Below, piece by piece: positions 42,558 to 56,199 of a stretch of DNA of 64,000 bases. Position numbers and translations under genes: made by a program. How positions within the stretch are numbered: position 1 is the first letter of the stretch; the number at the start of each line of letters is the position of its first letter. The stretch lies in assembly GCF_009914755.1 (NCBI RefSeq), contig NC_060932.1, one strand, 5' to 3'. A model generated the notes under the pieces. The model was not told the origin of the DNA. It made no database searches and worked only from the letters and a program-made list of their open reading frames with translations. This stretch comes from the human T2T-CHM13v2.0 reference genome, Homo sapiens.

Positions 42558-44926
42558 TGTACTAGTCCATTCTCACACTGTTATAAAGAACTGCCTGACA
42601 CTACGTAATTTATAAAGGAAAGAGGCTTAATTGACTCACAGTTCCTCATGGCTGGGGAAGCCTCAGAAAACTTACAATCATGGCAGGAGAAAGCAAACAC
42701 ATCTTTCTTCACATAATGTCAGGAAGAAGAAGAATGAAAGAAGTGCAGAGCAAAGGGGGAAAAGGTCCCTCACCAAACCATCAGCTCTTATGAGAACTCA
42801 CTCACTATCATGATAAAAGTACAGGAGAACTGCCCCCATGATTCAGTCACCTGCCACTAGGTCCCCCCCCGCCAACATGTGAAGATTACAATCAGATTAC
42901 AATTCAAGATGAGATTTGGGTAAATACACAAAGCCAGACCATATCATTCAAGTCTGACCCTGGCCCCTCCCAAATCTCATGTCCTCACATTTGGAATAAC
43001 AATCATACCTTTCCAACAGTCACCCACAGTCTTAACTCAGTCCAGCATTAACCCAAAAGGCCAAGTTCAAAGTCTCATCTGAATCAAGGCAAGTCCCTTC
43101 TATCTAAGAGCCTGTAAAATCAAAAGCAAATTAGTTACTTCCTAAATACAATCGGGTTACAGGCATTTAGTAAATGTATCAGTTCCAAATGGGAGAAATT
43201 GGTCAGAACAAAGGGACTACAGGCCCCATGCAAGTTCAAAATCCAATAGGGCAGTTATTAAACTTTAGAGTTTCAAAATGATCTCCATTGACTCCATGTC
43301 TCACATCCAGGTTATACTGATGCAAGGGTTGGATTCCCATATCCCTGGGCAGCTCTGCCTCTGTAGATCTGCAGGGTATAGCCACCCCTCCTGGCTGCTT
43401 TCATGACTTGGTGTTGAGTGTCCATGGCTTCTCCAGGCCCACCGCTCAAGCTGTCAATGGATCTACCATTGTGGGATCTGCAGGATGGTCGTCTTCTCAC
43501 AGCTCCACTAGGTAGTGCCCCAGTGGATACTCTGTGTCGGTGCTCAGATCCCACAATTCCCTTCCATACTGCCCTAACAGAGTTTCTCCAAGAGGGCTCC
43601 ACCCCTGCAGCAAACTTCTGCCAGACGATCAGGTGTTCCCACACATCCTCTGAAATCGAGGCAGAGGTTCCCAAACCTCAATTCTTGATTTTTGTGTACC
43701 CACAGGTCCAACGCCATGTGGAAGCTGCCAAGGTTTGGGACTTGCACCCTCTGAAGCAATGGCCCAGGCTATACCTTGGGCCCTTTTGGCTGTGGCTGGA
43801 GCTGAAGCAGCTGGGATGCAGGTCATGATGCCCCAAGGCTGCATATAGTAGGGAGGCCCTGGGCCTGGCCCATGCAACCATTTTTCCCTCCTAGACATCC
43901 AGGCCTGTGATGGGAGAGGCTGCCATGAACGTCTCTGATGGGCCCTGGTGATATTTTCCCCATTGCCTTGGTGATTAACCTTCACCTCTTTGTAACTTAT
44001 GCAGATTTCTTTAGCTGGCTTGAATTTCTCACCAGAAAATGACTTTTTCTTTTTACTTAATTGCCAGGCTGAAAATTTTCCAAACTCTTATGCTCTGCTT
44101 CCCCTTGAATGCTTTGCTGCTTTGCAAATTCTTCCACCAGATACCATATATCATCTCTCTCAAGTTCAAAGTTCCACAGATCTCTAGGGCAGGGGTAAAA
44201 TGCCACCAGTCTCTTTGATAAAGCATAGCAAGAGTCACCTTTGCTCCCGTTCCCAACAAGTTTCTCATCTCCATCTGAGACCACCGCAGCCTGGACTTCA
44301 TTGTCCATATCACTGTCAGCGTTTTGGTCAAAGCTACAAGTCTCTAAGAAGTTCCATACTTTCCCACATCTTTCTGTATTCTGAGCCTTCCCAGTTTCTA
44401 AGAAGTTCCAAACTTTCCCACATTGTCCTGTCTTCTTCCGAGCCCTCCAAACTGTTCCAAACTCTGCTTGTTATCCAGTTCCAAAGTCACTTCCACATTT
44501 TTGGATGTCTTTCCAGCAGCACACCACTCTTTGTAGTACCAATTTACTGTATTAGTCCATTCTCATGCTGCTATAAAGCAAACACTGGGTAATTTACAAA
44601 GGAAAGAGGCTTAATTGACTCACAGTTCAGCATGGCTTGGGAAGCTTTGGGAAATTTACAATCATGGCAGAAGCAAATACATCCTTCTTCACAAGATAGT
44701 AAGAAGGAGAAGAATGAGAGAAGTTCAGAGTGAAGGGGGAAAAGGCCCTTACAAAACCATCAGATGTCATGAGAACTCACTATCCTGAGAACAGCCAGGG
44801 GGACCCCCCACCACCCACCATGATTCAATTACTTCCCATGATGTCCCTCTACCAACCTGTGGGTATTACAATTCAGATTACAATTCAAGATGAAATTTGG
44901 TGGGGACACAGAGCCAGACCATATCA
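42558..44926 (-). mobile_element. THE1D-type MaLR provirus (3' LTR 42558-42946, internal, 5' LTR 44548-44926)
   Basis: Both LTRs run tgta-tagtccattctca...gccagaccatatca. The internal region is homologous in reverse to 17570-19100. TSD aattt/gattt. Confidence 0.92.
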
Positions 44927-44969
44927 GATTTTTTTTGGTAAACATTTGAGTACCGTTTATGAAGAAATG

Positions 44970-45351
44970 TGTATTATTCCATTTGCATTGCTATAAAGGA
45001 ATACCTGAGACTGGGTAATTTATAAAGAAAAGAAGTTTATTTGGCTCATGGATCTGTAGGTTAGAACTTCAGGAAGCTTATAATCATGGCAGAAGGCAAA
45101 AGAAGAATAGGTATGCCACATGGCAAGAGAAGGAGCAAGAGAGAGGAGGTAGAGGTGCCACACTGTTTTAAACAACCATGTCGAGTGTGAACTAATGGAG
45201 AAATAACTCATTCATTACTGAGGAGGGCACCAAGACTTTCATGAGGGATCCATCCCCATGACCCAAACACCTCCTACTATACCCCACCTCCAATATTGGG
45301 AATCACCTTTCAACATGAGATTTGAAGGAGACAAATATCCAAACTATATCA
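44970..45351 (-). mobile_element. MST (A/B-type) solo LTR
   Basis: tgtattattccatttgcattgctataaaggaatacctgagactggg...caacatgagatttgaaggagacaaatatccaaactatatca. Confidence 0.88.
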
Positions 45352-45574
45352 GCATGAAGTGTAGTAGAAAAACTACAAGGTTTAGGGACATAATCATCAT
45401 TATCATCAGCCTTGCAATATTGAATTTACATCCAAACTCTAGCACTTACTAGCTGTAGGATCATAGGCAAATTTCTCTAATCCTTGATATCTCCATCTTA
45501 AAATTACATGATTTTTACCTCTGTATCACAAAGATATTTTTCTTTTACTTTTACTTCTTTTCCTTTTTCCTTAT

Positions 45575-46030
45575 AACTGAGACAACTTAATGTCCCACAA
45601 TATCCATTCTCCCCTTTGTCTTTTTAGTTTTAAGTAGGGCAAATGATCATCCAGCTCGAGAATCCATTCTCTGAACTCAACTCCCTGCAGCCTAACGTGT
45701 TTCTCTGACTCAGCTCTCATCAAAAAAATATGAGCAGAAATGATTGGTAAAACTTCCGTGTCCCATTCTTAAAAGAAAAGGACTTTACTTTGTTTCATTC
45801 ATTTCACCTTTCCCACAAACAGGAATGCAGATGTGATACAAGTGAGTCAGATTCAAACATGCAGACAAGGCCAACAGCCTGGCCTAAGGGATGTCAGAGC
45901 AGAATAATCCCTGTAGCACCTGTCTACTATGGAACTGTTATACAAGAGAAAAATAAACTTCTGTTTTGTTTAACCCACTGTTTTTGGGGGTCTCTAGGGT
46001 GTACTTTCTTAGTCTCTATCCTAATAATAT
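45575..46030 (+). mobile_element. Old ERVL LTR (LTR16-like)
   Basis: aatatccattctcccctt...gagcagaaatgat...gagaaaaataaacttctgttttgtttaacccactg. Confidence 0.5.
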
Positions 46031-46849
46031 AATCCCCTTTTTCCTTTTTCTTTGTCCTTCTCATTCTAATGTTATTTCTTGAGTGCCTCCCTGGTGCCAG
46101 GAACTTAGGTATGGATTTGGTTAGAAACTTATGTAAAGTGCAAAGTGGAGTGTTTAAGACACTAGTGTTAAGTGAATGCTGTTCTTCCCTCACTAAATGC
46201 CAAGAACTATAGTGACACACAGGAGACATACAATGAATAAGGCCTAACTCTGATTCGTGAACCTTACAGGTAATAAAACATACAGTAGCAAACGGTTATT
46301 TTGAAATGACTTATCTCATGGTTATTTGAGTATAATTTGGCCAAAGTCCAAATAGGAAGAAAGAATGAATGATACATTAAGAGCTGAGAAATATGAATTT
46401 TTATAGATAAAAGACTATATTTCAACAAAATCAAATTTGCAAAATATATTCATACAAAAAATCTATCTCAACAGTTCTGAAAATGTCCACAAGAAAAGAG
46501 TAAAATATTTATCTTTACACTGTACAGGGGTGCAGCCTATACAATTTCTTGGTCAAAGATGTTAAACATATAGTTTTATAATTTCTTTTTATGTTTTTTT
46601 GGTTCATTTGTTTATAAAAGAAGGGAAAAAAGTAAAATGAGTAGAGAAAATGCCCTAGTTATCTTTATATTAAATGTCTATCTTTTTGTTAAAGTCAGCC
46701 ATATTGATTTCATTGAGAATGAGCTTCATTAAGGACAGGTAATATCTGGCTTAATAATTTTTCTCTCAAAGGATGGCAAAATGCCTGGCCCTTAATATTA
46801 ATAATAGTTACAATGCTATTTATTAATTTAATTTATTATTAATGAATTA

Positions 46850-47045
46850 ATAGTACTAATATTGCTCATTGATTGTTTATTATGTGTCAGACCCTGCATC
46901 ATTATGTTGACACATTTAATCCTCATAACAGCCCTATAAAGTAGGTACAATATCTATTCTCATTTTGCAGAAAAGAAAAATGAAAACAAAGAGTTTCAGT
47001 AATTTTCTCAAATTCATATTGTATTACAATGTAGTAGAACTGAGT
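46850..47045 (-). mobile_element. MIR
   Basis: atttaatcctcataacagccctataaagtaggtac...ctcattttgcaga. Confidence 0.75.
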
Positions 47046-47164
47046 AACTATTTTTGAATGCATAAGTTCCACATTATTTTTTGGATTCACTCAATTGAAT
47101 TATTCTTTTATGTATGTAAAAGGAGCATATGGGAAAAGGCTTCAAAATGAAGTGTAAGGACAGG

Positions 47165-47905
47165 TAACATCTGGTTTACCAAACAGAATGGCTGAAATTA
47201 AAAAGACTGATAATATTAATGAGCATGTGGAGCAAATCAAATTCACACACTGTTAGCAAGTGTGTAAAATGGTTAACCACTTTGGGAAACTATTTGGCAA
47301 TTTTTATGAAGTTTAACATACACCTTCCCTGTGACCCAGCAATTTCATTCGTAGGTATTGACTGAAGAGAAATAAAGAGAAATGACAACAAAAAGATTTA
47401 AACAACAGTGTTCACAGTGATGTGGTTCAATATAGGCTCAGACTGGAAATAACTCAAATGTCTATCACAAGGACAATAGATAAATGCCCTATGGTGCATA
47501 CAATGGGATATTACCCAGAAATTTAAAAAGTAGAGCAAACTCCTGATGCACACAATAACATGAATGAATCTCAAAAATTTTATGATAGCAAAAACATAAG
47601 GCAAACAAAATAGTGCATACAGTAATATTTCACTTGTGTGGCATTCAGGAAAACATCAAACTAATTTAGCAGAATAAAATCACAACTGTGCTTCCCAAGG
47701 AATAGAAGGGAGAGTTGGGGAAGCTGATGGCAATGGGGCACAGGAAACTTTTGGAAATAACAGAAATGCTCTTTGTATTGATCTGAGTGATGGTTATAAG
47801 AGTGTACACACTTGTCATAAGTCACTGAGCTGTACACTTAAGATCACTGTATTTCATTACATGTAAATGATATCTAAAAATGTATGATTGAAATGAAAAA
47901 GAAGC
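47165..47905 (+). mobile_element. L1ME-type ORF2 end and 3' UTR
   Basis: agaatggctgaaattaaaaagactga...accactttgggaaac...tgacccagcaatttca...acatgaatgaatctcaaaa...tgtacacttaagat. Confidence 0.75.
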
Positions 47906-47908
47906 TTA

Positions 47909-48274
<366 letters not shown>

Positions 48275-48296
48275 TTAATAAGAAAGGGAGAAATTT

Positions 48297-48710
48297 TTGC
48301 TCCATTTTTGTTGCTATGAAGGACTACTTGAGGCTGGGTCATTTATAAAGAAAATAGATTCAATTGGCTCATGGTTCTGCAGGCTGTACAGGATACATGG
48401 CGCTGGCATCTGCTTCTGGTGACTGCCTCTGGAAGCTTCCAATCATGACGGAGGGCAAAGGGTGAGAAGGTGTGTCATGGTGACAGTGAGAGTGGGAGCT
48501 TGGTGGGGGAAGGTGCCACATTCTTTTAGACAACCAGCTATCACATGAACTCAGAACGAGAACTCACTTAACACCAAGGAGATGGCACTAAGCCATTTAT
48601 AAGGGATCTGCTTCCATGACCTAATCACCTCCCACCAGGCCCCACTTCCAACATCAAGGATCACATTTCAACATGAGATTTGAAGGGGACAAAACATCCA
48701 AACCACAACA
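48297..48710 (-). mobile_element. MST (A/B-type) solo LTR
   Basis: ggctcatggttctgcaggctgtacagga...cctcccaccaggccccacttccaaca...catgagatttgaaggggacaaaacatccaaacc. Confidence 0.88.
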
Positions 48711-50887
48711 CAGAGAAATACACTGAGTCATTTTTCTGTGATGAGATATATGTGGTACAGCCTAAAAGCAACTAACTGACTTTAACAGGATACAATTTTT
48801 ATGAAATCAAGTCCCAAGCCAAGTGTATATTTCATAATCTAGTGCCTACTATTTTAATTCCTTCTGTATACCACAAAAATGCACTTAAAGAATCAAAATT
48901 TTAAATCACAGAGAAGGAACTAATTTCAGCATTTGTTAGTTCTTTTGTAAACAGAGCATATATTATTAAAACTTTTTCTTAAATAATTCTAGAAAGAGGT
49001 AAACACATATCTTTTCTTCAAGAATATTTTACAAAACTTAGAATTTAATATTTTCTATATTTTATTCTTGAGTCAACTGAGACTCAGAGAGATCAATGAA
49101 CATCCATGATAACACATAGCTAAGAAGCATTGGGAGCAGAATTCAAAATTCTGTAGTCTAGAAACACAGCTTGTACTCTTAATCCATTAAACTATCTTGT
49201 GCCCCTTGACTACAATGTGTCCCCTGATTGCATGCCCAGTGACAAACTGTCTTACTTAAACAAGCACTGTATAAATCCTTTTCCAAAGCATCAAAAATAT
49301 TGTTAAATATGGCACTAACTCTAGCACAGTGGCATGCTGATATTGCCAAAACTTGAGGGTGACAATAATCAATCACATTATATAGGATTTATAAATCAGC
49401 TGACTCTCAAACTTAAATGCACATAAGAATTTTTACTTTAAATAGGCAGCCAAGTAATTCTTATGAAAGCAGTTCACACTTTAAGACATACTGCTAAAGG
49501 CATTTTAAAATTTACATGCAAGAATAGATTAGCATTCAGTCCTATTTACAACATACTGGAGCAGTTGCTCATCTGATTTCTACCTATGGCATGAAGGCTT
49601 CAGAATGAAATAGGTTTGCTGATTTTTGTAGTTTTTAGGTTTTTCATTATTTTTGTACACTTTTGGTCTTTTCAATATGTTCATATAGCACAAGTTTATA
49701 ATTGCATATATTAAATTTGCATAAAATGACTTCAATATAGTTTGCTTTCAGGGTTTACTGGAGGCTTTTTGCTTTCGAAAACCAGATTATGAAAATCATG
49801 TTTTCTCTGTGGAGACTGGGCAATGGGCCGGGTTTCAGTTTTGATAGCCTCCTGTTACAGGTCTCCTTGACATTCCCTTGGGCTAGTTCTTATCATTTGG
49901 CTGCTACTTCTTCCATCATAATGTAAGTATTTATTGGTCTTTCAGATATTTCTGTTTTCAGTTCTATTGATTGAGGTTGTTGTTCATAGTTATTGTAATT
50001 AGATAAAGGATGAAAATGTGGGAACCAATTATTTTAAAGAGTGTAATACTCATTATATCTCCCTACTGATCATTTTAAAAATAAAATATAGTAGCAAATT
50101 TATCAAATTTTATGTCAGTAATGTATTTTTTAGAAATTAAGATAAGTCTAACAAGATAAAAATCTCTTTGAGCCTTTGGATAAATATTCAAACTAAGTGA
50201 TATGTCAGGTATTTTTCTGCTTTATTATTTTCTGAAGTCTTATATTTTTAAATTTTTATAATGGAAAAGTTTATACATGTAAGAAAAATAAAGAACAGAA
50301 TAAATAAAATGAAACTCATGTAGCCATTACCCAGCTTCAGCAATTTTTAATTCATGGCCTATTTTGCTTTATCTATGACCACATCCCTTGGTGTTTCAAA
50401 GATCACATCTAAAATATTTTAATAAGTCTCTTTAATAACTCCTATCCCACAAATAAGATCACTGTAGTTCCTGAAACTCAGTGCCCTTTTTAACCTTCAT
50501 ATAATAAACTTAGATTTTGGCTCTATGATGACAATACAATCATAAGAAGTATATAGATTCTTTGGCAGTCTCTCTAAGTGCTCCTTTTGGATATTTGTTT
50601 TAGGCTCTGTGGACCTAGCTATCTGGAAATAGGCTATTACTTGGTATAATCTTACAAAATTCAGTCTTTGATTTAATATATACATGCAAAAATACATGCA
50701 AAATACCATTTGTGCACAAAAATAACTGTTGCCCAAAGTTTGAAATGTATTGAATTTATTTAGGACTTATCTTTTGCTACCACATACTAAGGTGTTAATA
50801 AATTGAAAGCCTGGAATGTCTCTTTTTTAACAGAAACACATTGTCATAACACAAATTTCTTAGAAAGATTTAAACAATAATATAATC

Positions 50888-51722
50888 TTCTGGAGTGAAT
50901 TGTGTCCCCCCAAAGTGTAAGTTGAAGTCCCACCCAGCATACCTGTGTATGTCACCTTATTTGGAAGTAGGATTTTTACAAATGTAATCAAGTTTAGATG
51001 AGGCCATACTAGACCAGGCTGTGTATTAGTTAGCTCAGGCTGCCATACAAAATGCCATAGACTGGGTTGTTCAAACAGCACCAATCTTTCCTCACAGTTT
51101 TGGAGGCTAAACATCTGAGATCGGGGACAAGCATGGCTAGGCTCTCATAAGGGCTTTCTTCCCAGCTTGTTAGACTACTGCCTTCTTGCTGTGTCCTCAC
51201 ACAGTAGAGAGAGAACATTGATGCCTCTTCCTCTTTTCATAAGAGCACCAGTTCTATTGGATCAGGGCCCCACCTTTATGGCCTCATTAAACCTTAATCA
51301 CCTCTTTAAAGGCCCTATCCCCCAGTTCCATGGGGGATTAGAGCTTCCACATATGAAACTGGGTGGACACAATTCCCACTCATAGCAGGGTGAGCCCTAA
51401 ATCCAATGGCTGGTGTCTTTATAAGGAAAGGAAGATTTGCACACGTACACACATACAACAGAGGAAAGATGTTCATGTGAAAACAGAGGCAGTAATTAAA
51501 GTGATACAGCTACAAGCTAAGGAATGCTAAGGACAGCCAGCAAGCACCAGAAACTAGGAAGAGACAAGAAACAGATTCTTCTCTACAGCCTTCAGAGGGA
51601 GCATGGTCCAGATGATACATTGATTTTGAACTTTCAGCCTTCAAAACTGTGAGAGATTACATTTCTGTGTTAAGTTGCCCAATTTGTGGTAATTTGTTAC
51701 ACCAGCCCTAAGAAACAATCCA
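50888..51722 (+). mobile_element. MLT1C-like solo LTR, interrupted by an inverted MLT1B-like LTR
   Basis: gaattgtgtcccccc...caccttatttggaagtagg... and, after the insert, gccctaaatccaatg...caccagaaactaggaagag...gccttcagagggagcatgg...tttgttacaccagcccta. Confidence 0.8.
51022..51387 (-). mobile_element. MLT1B-like solo LTR nested in MLT1C
   Basis: tgtattagtt...ggacacaattcccactcatagca, with TSD ggctg/gggtg. Confidence 0.8.
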
Positions 51723-52736
51723 TATGAGTCAAATACTTTGGGAGTACAATCTATTAAAAAAAAAAAAAAAAAAAAAAAACCAAAAACCTCTACTGGAGTT
51801 CTAGGATTAATTGGTTTCTTACAGCATTACATTGGGAGACAGAAAGGAATTCAGGTTAATCCTTTACCGCTCTTCAAAACAGGCCAAAGTGCTAGAAAGT
51901 TGAGGGTGGATATTCAAGCTGTTCTTTGATAGGAACTGAAAGGGATCTTGAGATCTGGAATCTATACATGGAATGGATACATGTTGTTTTGTTTGCTACT
52001 CTAGTTCTGATTATATTTCTTCAATTAAAGGGTACTTTCAGGGTTTTTCTTTGTTTTGTTGTTTGTTTGTTTGCATTACAAACCTCATTCTCAATCTACA
52101 CGATTTGGGTGAGAATGGTTCTATATCCAAGCCAGCAGTAACCTGAATTGGCTTAAGTGAATCAATATTCCCCATTCACTAGCTTTAGAAGGCAGTTCAA
52201 GGATGATTAAAATGTAACCCCATCTTAGCATAGGAAATATTTTGAGGTAATTCATGAGAAAGGAAAAAAGATTTATTTTGTTTTTGTGTTTAAAACAAAA
52301 CAAAACAAAACTAGAAGCAACCCTCGCTCTTCTAATGGTGTGGTATAAATTCATGAGATCTAGCATCAACACCATTTTACCGCCAAAATAGAAGAGCGTT
52401 GAGTTGTGGTGTCTGGGAGTGAGGTTGGGGGCAGGGTAAGGAGCATTGACAGGAGCCTGATGATGAAGCTAACCCTAAGAAAAGCTGAGTGCAGAGACAG
52501 AGAATATGCGCCGAGTGCTATGGTTTTATCTGTGGATACAGAATCACCTGACGCCTGTGCCCTTTGCAAATCCCAATTTTATTCCTTTGAATTTTCTAAT
52601 GTGCAATCATATCATGTACAACATTTTGCTACTTTCTTCCAATATTCACACACCTGTCTCATATCTTATGGTATTTCTAATATAAGATTAAATAATAGTG
52701 CTCGGTCATCATTGTTTTGTTCTAAAGTTCTAATAG

Positions 52737-53024
<288 letters not shown>

Positions 53025-53059
53025 AATCATTCCTATTACACAGTAATAAAACTGATCAT

Positions 53060-53270
53060 AGTTAAGAATTATTGAATATTTCCTACATTCTGGGCATTTG
53101 TGTTTAATTATTTATATTGACAATCCTCTCAATAAGTCTATAAGATTATTCACTTCATCTTACAAATGAGGAATTTGAGGCATAGAGAGTTTGGGAGACT
53201 TGTCCAATGTCATACTTGAGATTGGAAGTCAGATTTTCAAAGTAGGCTGTGTATAAATTTAAGAACCATA
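53060..53270 (-). mobile_element. MIR
   Basis: catcttacaaatgaggaatttgaggcatagagag...gacttgtccaatgtcatac. Confidence 0.7.
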
Positions 53271-53804
53271 CTATCAAAGGTTAATATGATTTCTGAAAAA
53301 TGCACAACTAATTGCATTTTCTTACATTGTAATTAATATACAGAATGGTGTATATCACAAATAGTTTGATCCACCAGAAAATAGGGGTTTTAAAAATCTT
53401 CAGATGTTAGTTTTCTAAGAAGACTTTCCAGTCAAAAAGAGAATGCATTTGCTTGCTAAAATTAGTATTATGACCTACTTGGCACATGTAGTATGTAAAT
53501 TAACAACATGTCATCTGATTCATACATCAGTATCTTCTAAGGGTGGTTGGAGAGTTTGAGTCCCTACAGACCAGTACAAACCTTACATCGGAAAACGCAG
53601 AGCTGAGGTGTGACCTTGGTGAGTTTATCCAGGTATGAGCAACTCATGAGGCTTCTATGGAATGTCTTTTTTCTCAAAAATTTAATTGTACAAAGTGCTT
53701 TGAATTTATAGCAGACTGCCCTTCAGTTTCTATCTAAATGCCATAAGCTTTGTTTCAAGGGATCAGTTGGAGTCAATAATCTGGGCAATTTCTTACACTT
53801 TCTT

Positions 53805-54300
53805 GAGATTGTAAATTGGCTAGACCTCTCTGGAAAGTATCTTTAAAATATGTATCAAGAATTTCAAAAATGTGCATGCTCTCTGATCTGGAAACTCCTC
53901 TTATAGGAATCTAGTCTAGAAACAAATCAGAGATGCCATCAAATACATATATAAACATGTTTATTACAATGATATTTGCAAAAGGGAAGCAACTTGAATG
54001 TCTAGCATTATAGAAATGGTTAAATAAACATTGGTACAAATATATGATGAAAAAAATATTATGGAACTATTAAAAATCATGATGATGAAAAATATTTGAT
54101 AGCAAACAAAAATACTTAAAATACAGGTAGCTACAAATTTAAATATAAATGATGGATATTTTATATTTGCTATTTCATTACAATTAAATACAAAATACCA
54201 GAGAGAAAAAGCACAAAGGTTAACAGTAGTTATCTCTGGATAGTGAAGTTATAAATGACTTTAAAAAAGTGAATTCTTTGTATTTTTTAGAACACACATA
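53805..54300 (+). mobile_element. Old L1ME fragment
   Basis: tgtaaattggctagacctctctggaaag...aaatggttaaataaac...gttaacagtagttatctctgg. Confidence 0.6.
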
Positions 54301-54508
54301 AAAATATTTAAAATAAGAGGAAATGGCACGTGTTTTTAAAAGATTATGGAAGTATCATGGAAACATGAAATGAAAAAAAAGAAAAAATAATAGAGCATTA
54401 TTCTTGAAGGTTTTAAAATGCATTCAATATGATTTAAAAGTAAAAGTTTTTTTTACATGTACTTTCTTTTTTGAGTCTGATTATATGGTCTTTTAATATT
54501 GTTAGTAA

Positions 54509-54838
<330 letters not shown>

Positions 54839-55959
54839 CCAAAGATTTTTAAATGTAGATTTAATGGTGTTTTATTTCATTTTGTGTAAAGATATTTATT
54901 ATTTAGATTTTTTTAAAACAAAGGTTGAGATAATTTATTGTTTTGCTTAGATACTAACGTTTCCCATAACATCTGTTCATTTGGTTTACATTTCCACCAC
55001 TGAACCAGTGACTGAAATTCTCCCCAGCTGTGATTTATGATCTGTTTATATACAGTCTGCCAGACCATACTGCCATAAAGCCTTCAAGATTCCCAGGTAG
55101 GAAGAAAGTGAGGTTTTACAATCTATCTCAGACTTCCTTATGTTATATAGTTTAAATCTTAGCAAACTACAAAATTGACCTTGAATATAAATAATCAGAA
55201 TAGTTATAAAACAACCTATCTTTGGACTTTTCGAAACATATTTTATTCAGTACTGGATTCTAGTTTATACTATGCTGTTGGTGGGGACACATTTAAACTA
55301 TGTACATCACACCAACACACAGTGTCCTGAAAATATGAGGATCCCTAATTGAATAATAAAATAATTGATGTAAAAACAATAGTAACTTTTCATGTCTAGT
55401 TTACATTATTTCTGAAAATGTGTACATGTTGATTAAAAAAATTTAGAGTAGACAAAAATGAAACCAGGTGTTCTAGGCTAGTAAAGTTCTGTGATTAAGT
55501 TTCTTTAAAATTTCTTTTAAAAACAGGGAAATGACTATTTAATCTAAGAGATGTAACTTCCTTTTCAAAGATGTAGAAGTACCTACCTACTGGTGAATAG
55601 ACAATATTTTATTGCCTTTTTAAGGAATTTTCAATGACAATTTAACTCTATAACAGGTTTTCAGAGTTTTCACATAGCAATGGATTATTTGATTACATCA
55701 CTCATCTGTTGCTTATTTAAATAATGCATTTTTTCTTTAATTACTGAATTGAGCACTCAAACAGCTAACCTACACATTCTAACACAGCTAACCTACACTC
55801 CATCCTTCTCTGCAAATTATAAAAATCTTCCTGAAATATTTTGTAGAATTCTGAACTGTTTTCTGAACTCTGATCTATGAAATACACTGAAAAGAATCAC
55901 AAAACAAATCAACTACAGTTAAGAGAAAAGCAATGGCCTAAATGATGTTATTGCAAATA

Positions 55960-56180
55960 CTGGTTAAAATTAATTGAGCGTTTTGCAAATGGCGTGTACT
56001 GTGCTCAATGCTTTAAATAAATTATATCTCATCAGATTCCTGACTCTTGGTAAAAAGGCAAGAAGCTGGACAATTATTTCCTCAAATGAAAAAACTTGAA
56101 CAAGTAACTTTATCAAAGTTACCAGTAAGTAAATGGCAGAACTGGGATGAAAATCCACCTCTACTAACCTCCAGATTAGT
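55960..56180 (-). mobile_element. MIR
   Basis: aattgagcgttt...tactgtgctcaatgcttt...aagtaactttatcaaagttacc...aaatggcagaactgggat. Confidence 0.6.
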
Positions 56181-56199
56181 CAAGAGAAACAGAATACAA

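Noticed and set aside
51756-51779. Isolated poly(A) run as a processed pseudogene tail
   Set aside because: No upstream mRNA-like sequence or TSD; a simple mononucleotide run.
52362-52384. REST/NRSF-like motif atcaacaccattttaccgcc
   Set aside because: The central GGACAG core is missing; the match is too weak.
55761-55798. 15-bp direct repeat acagctaacctacac with period 23
   Set aside because: An ordinary short slippage duplication with no further structure.
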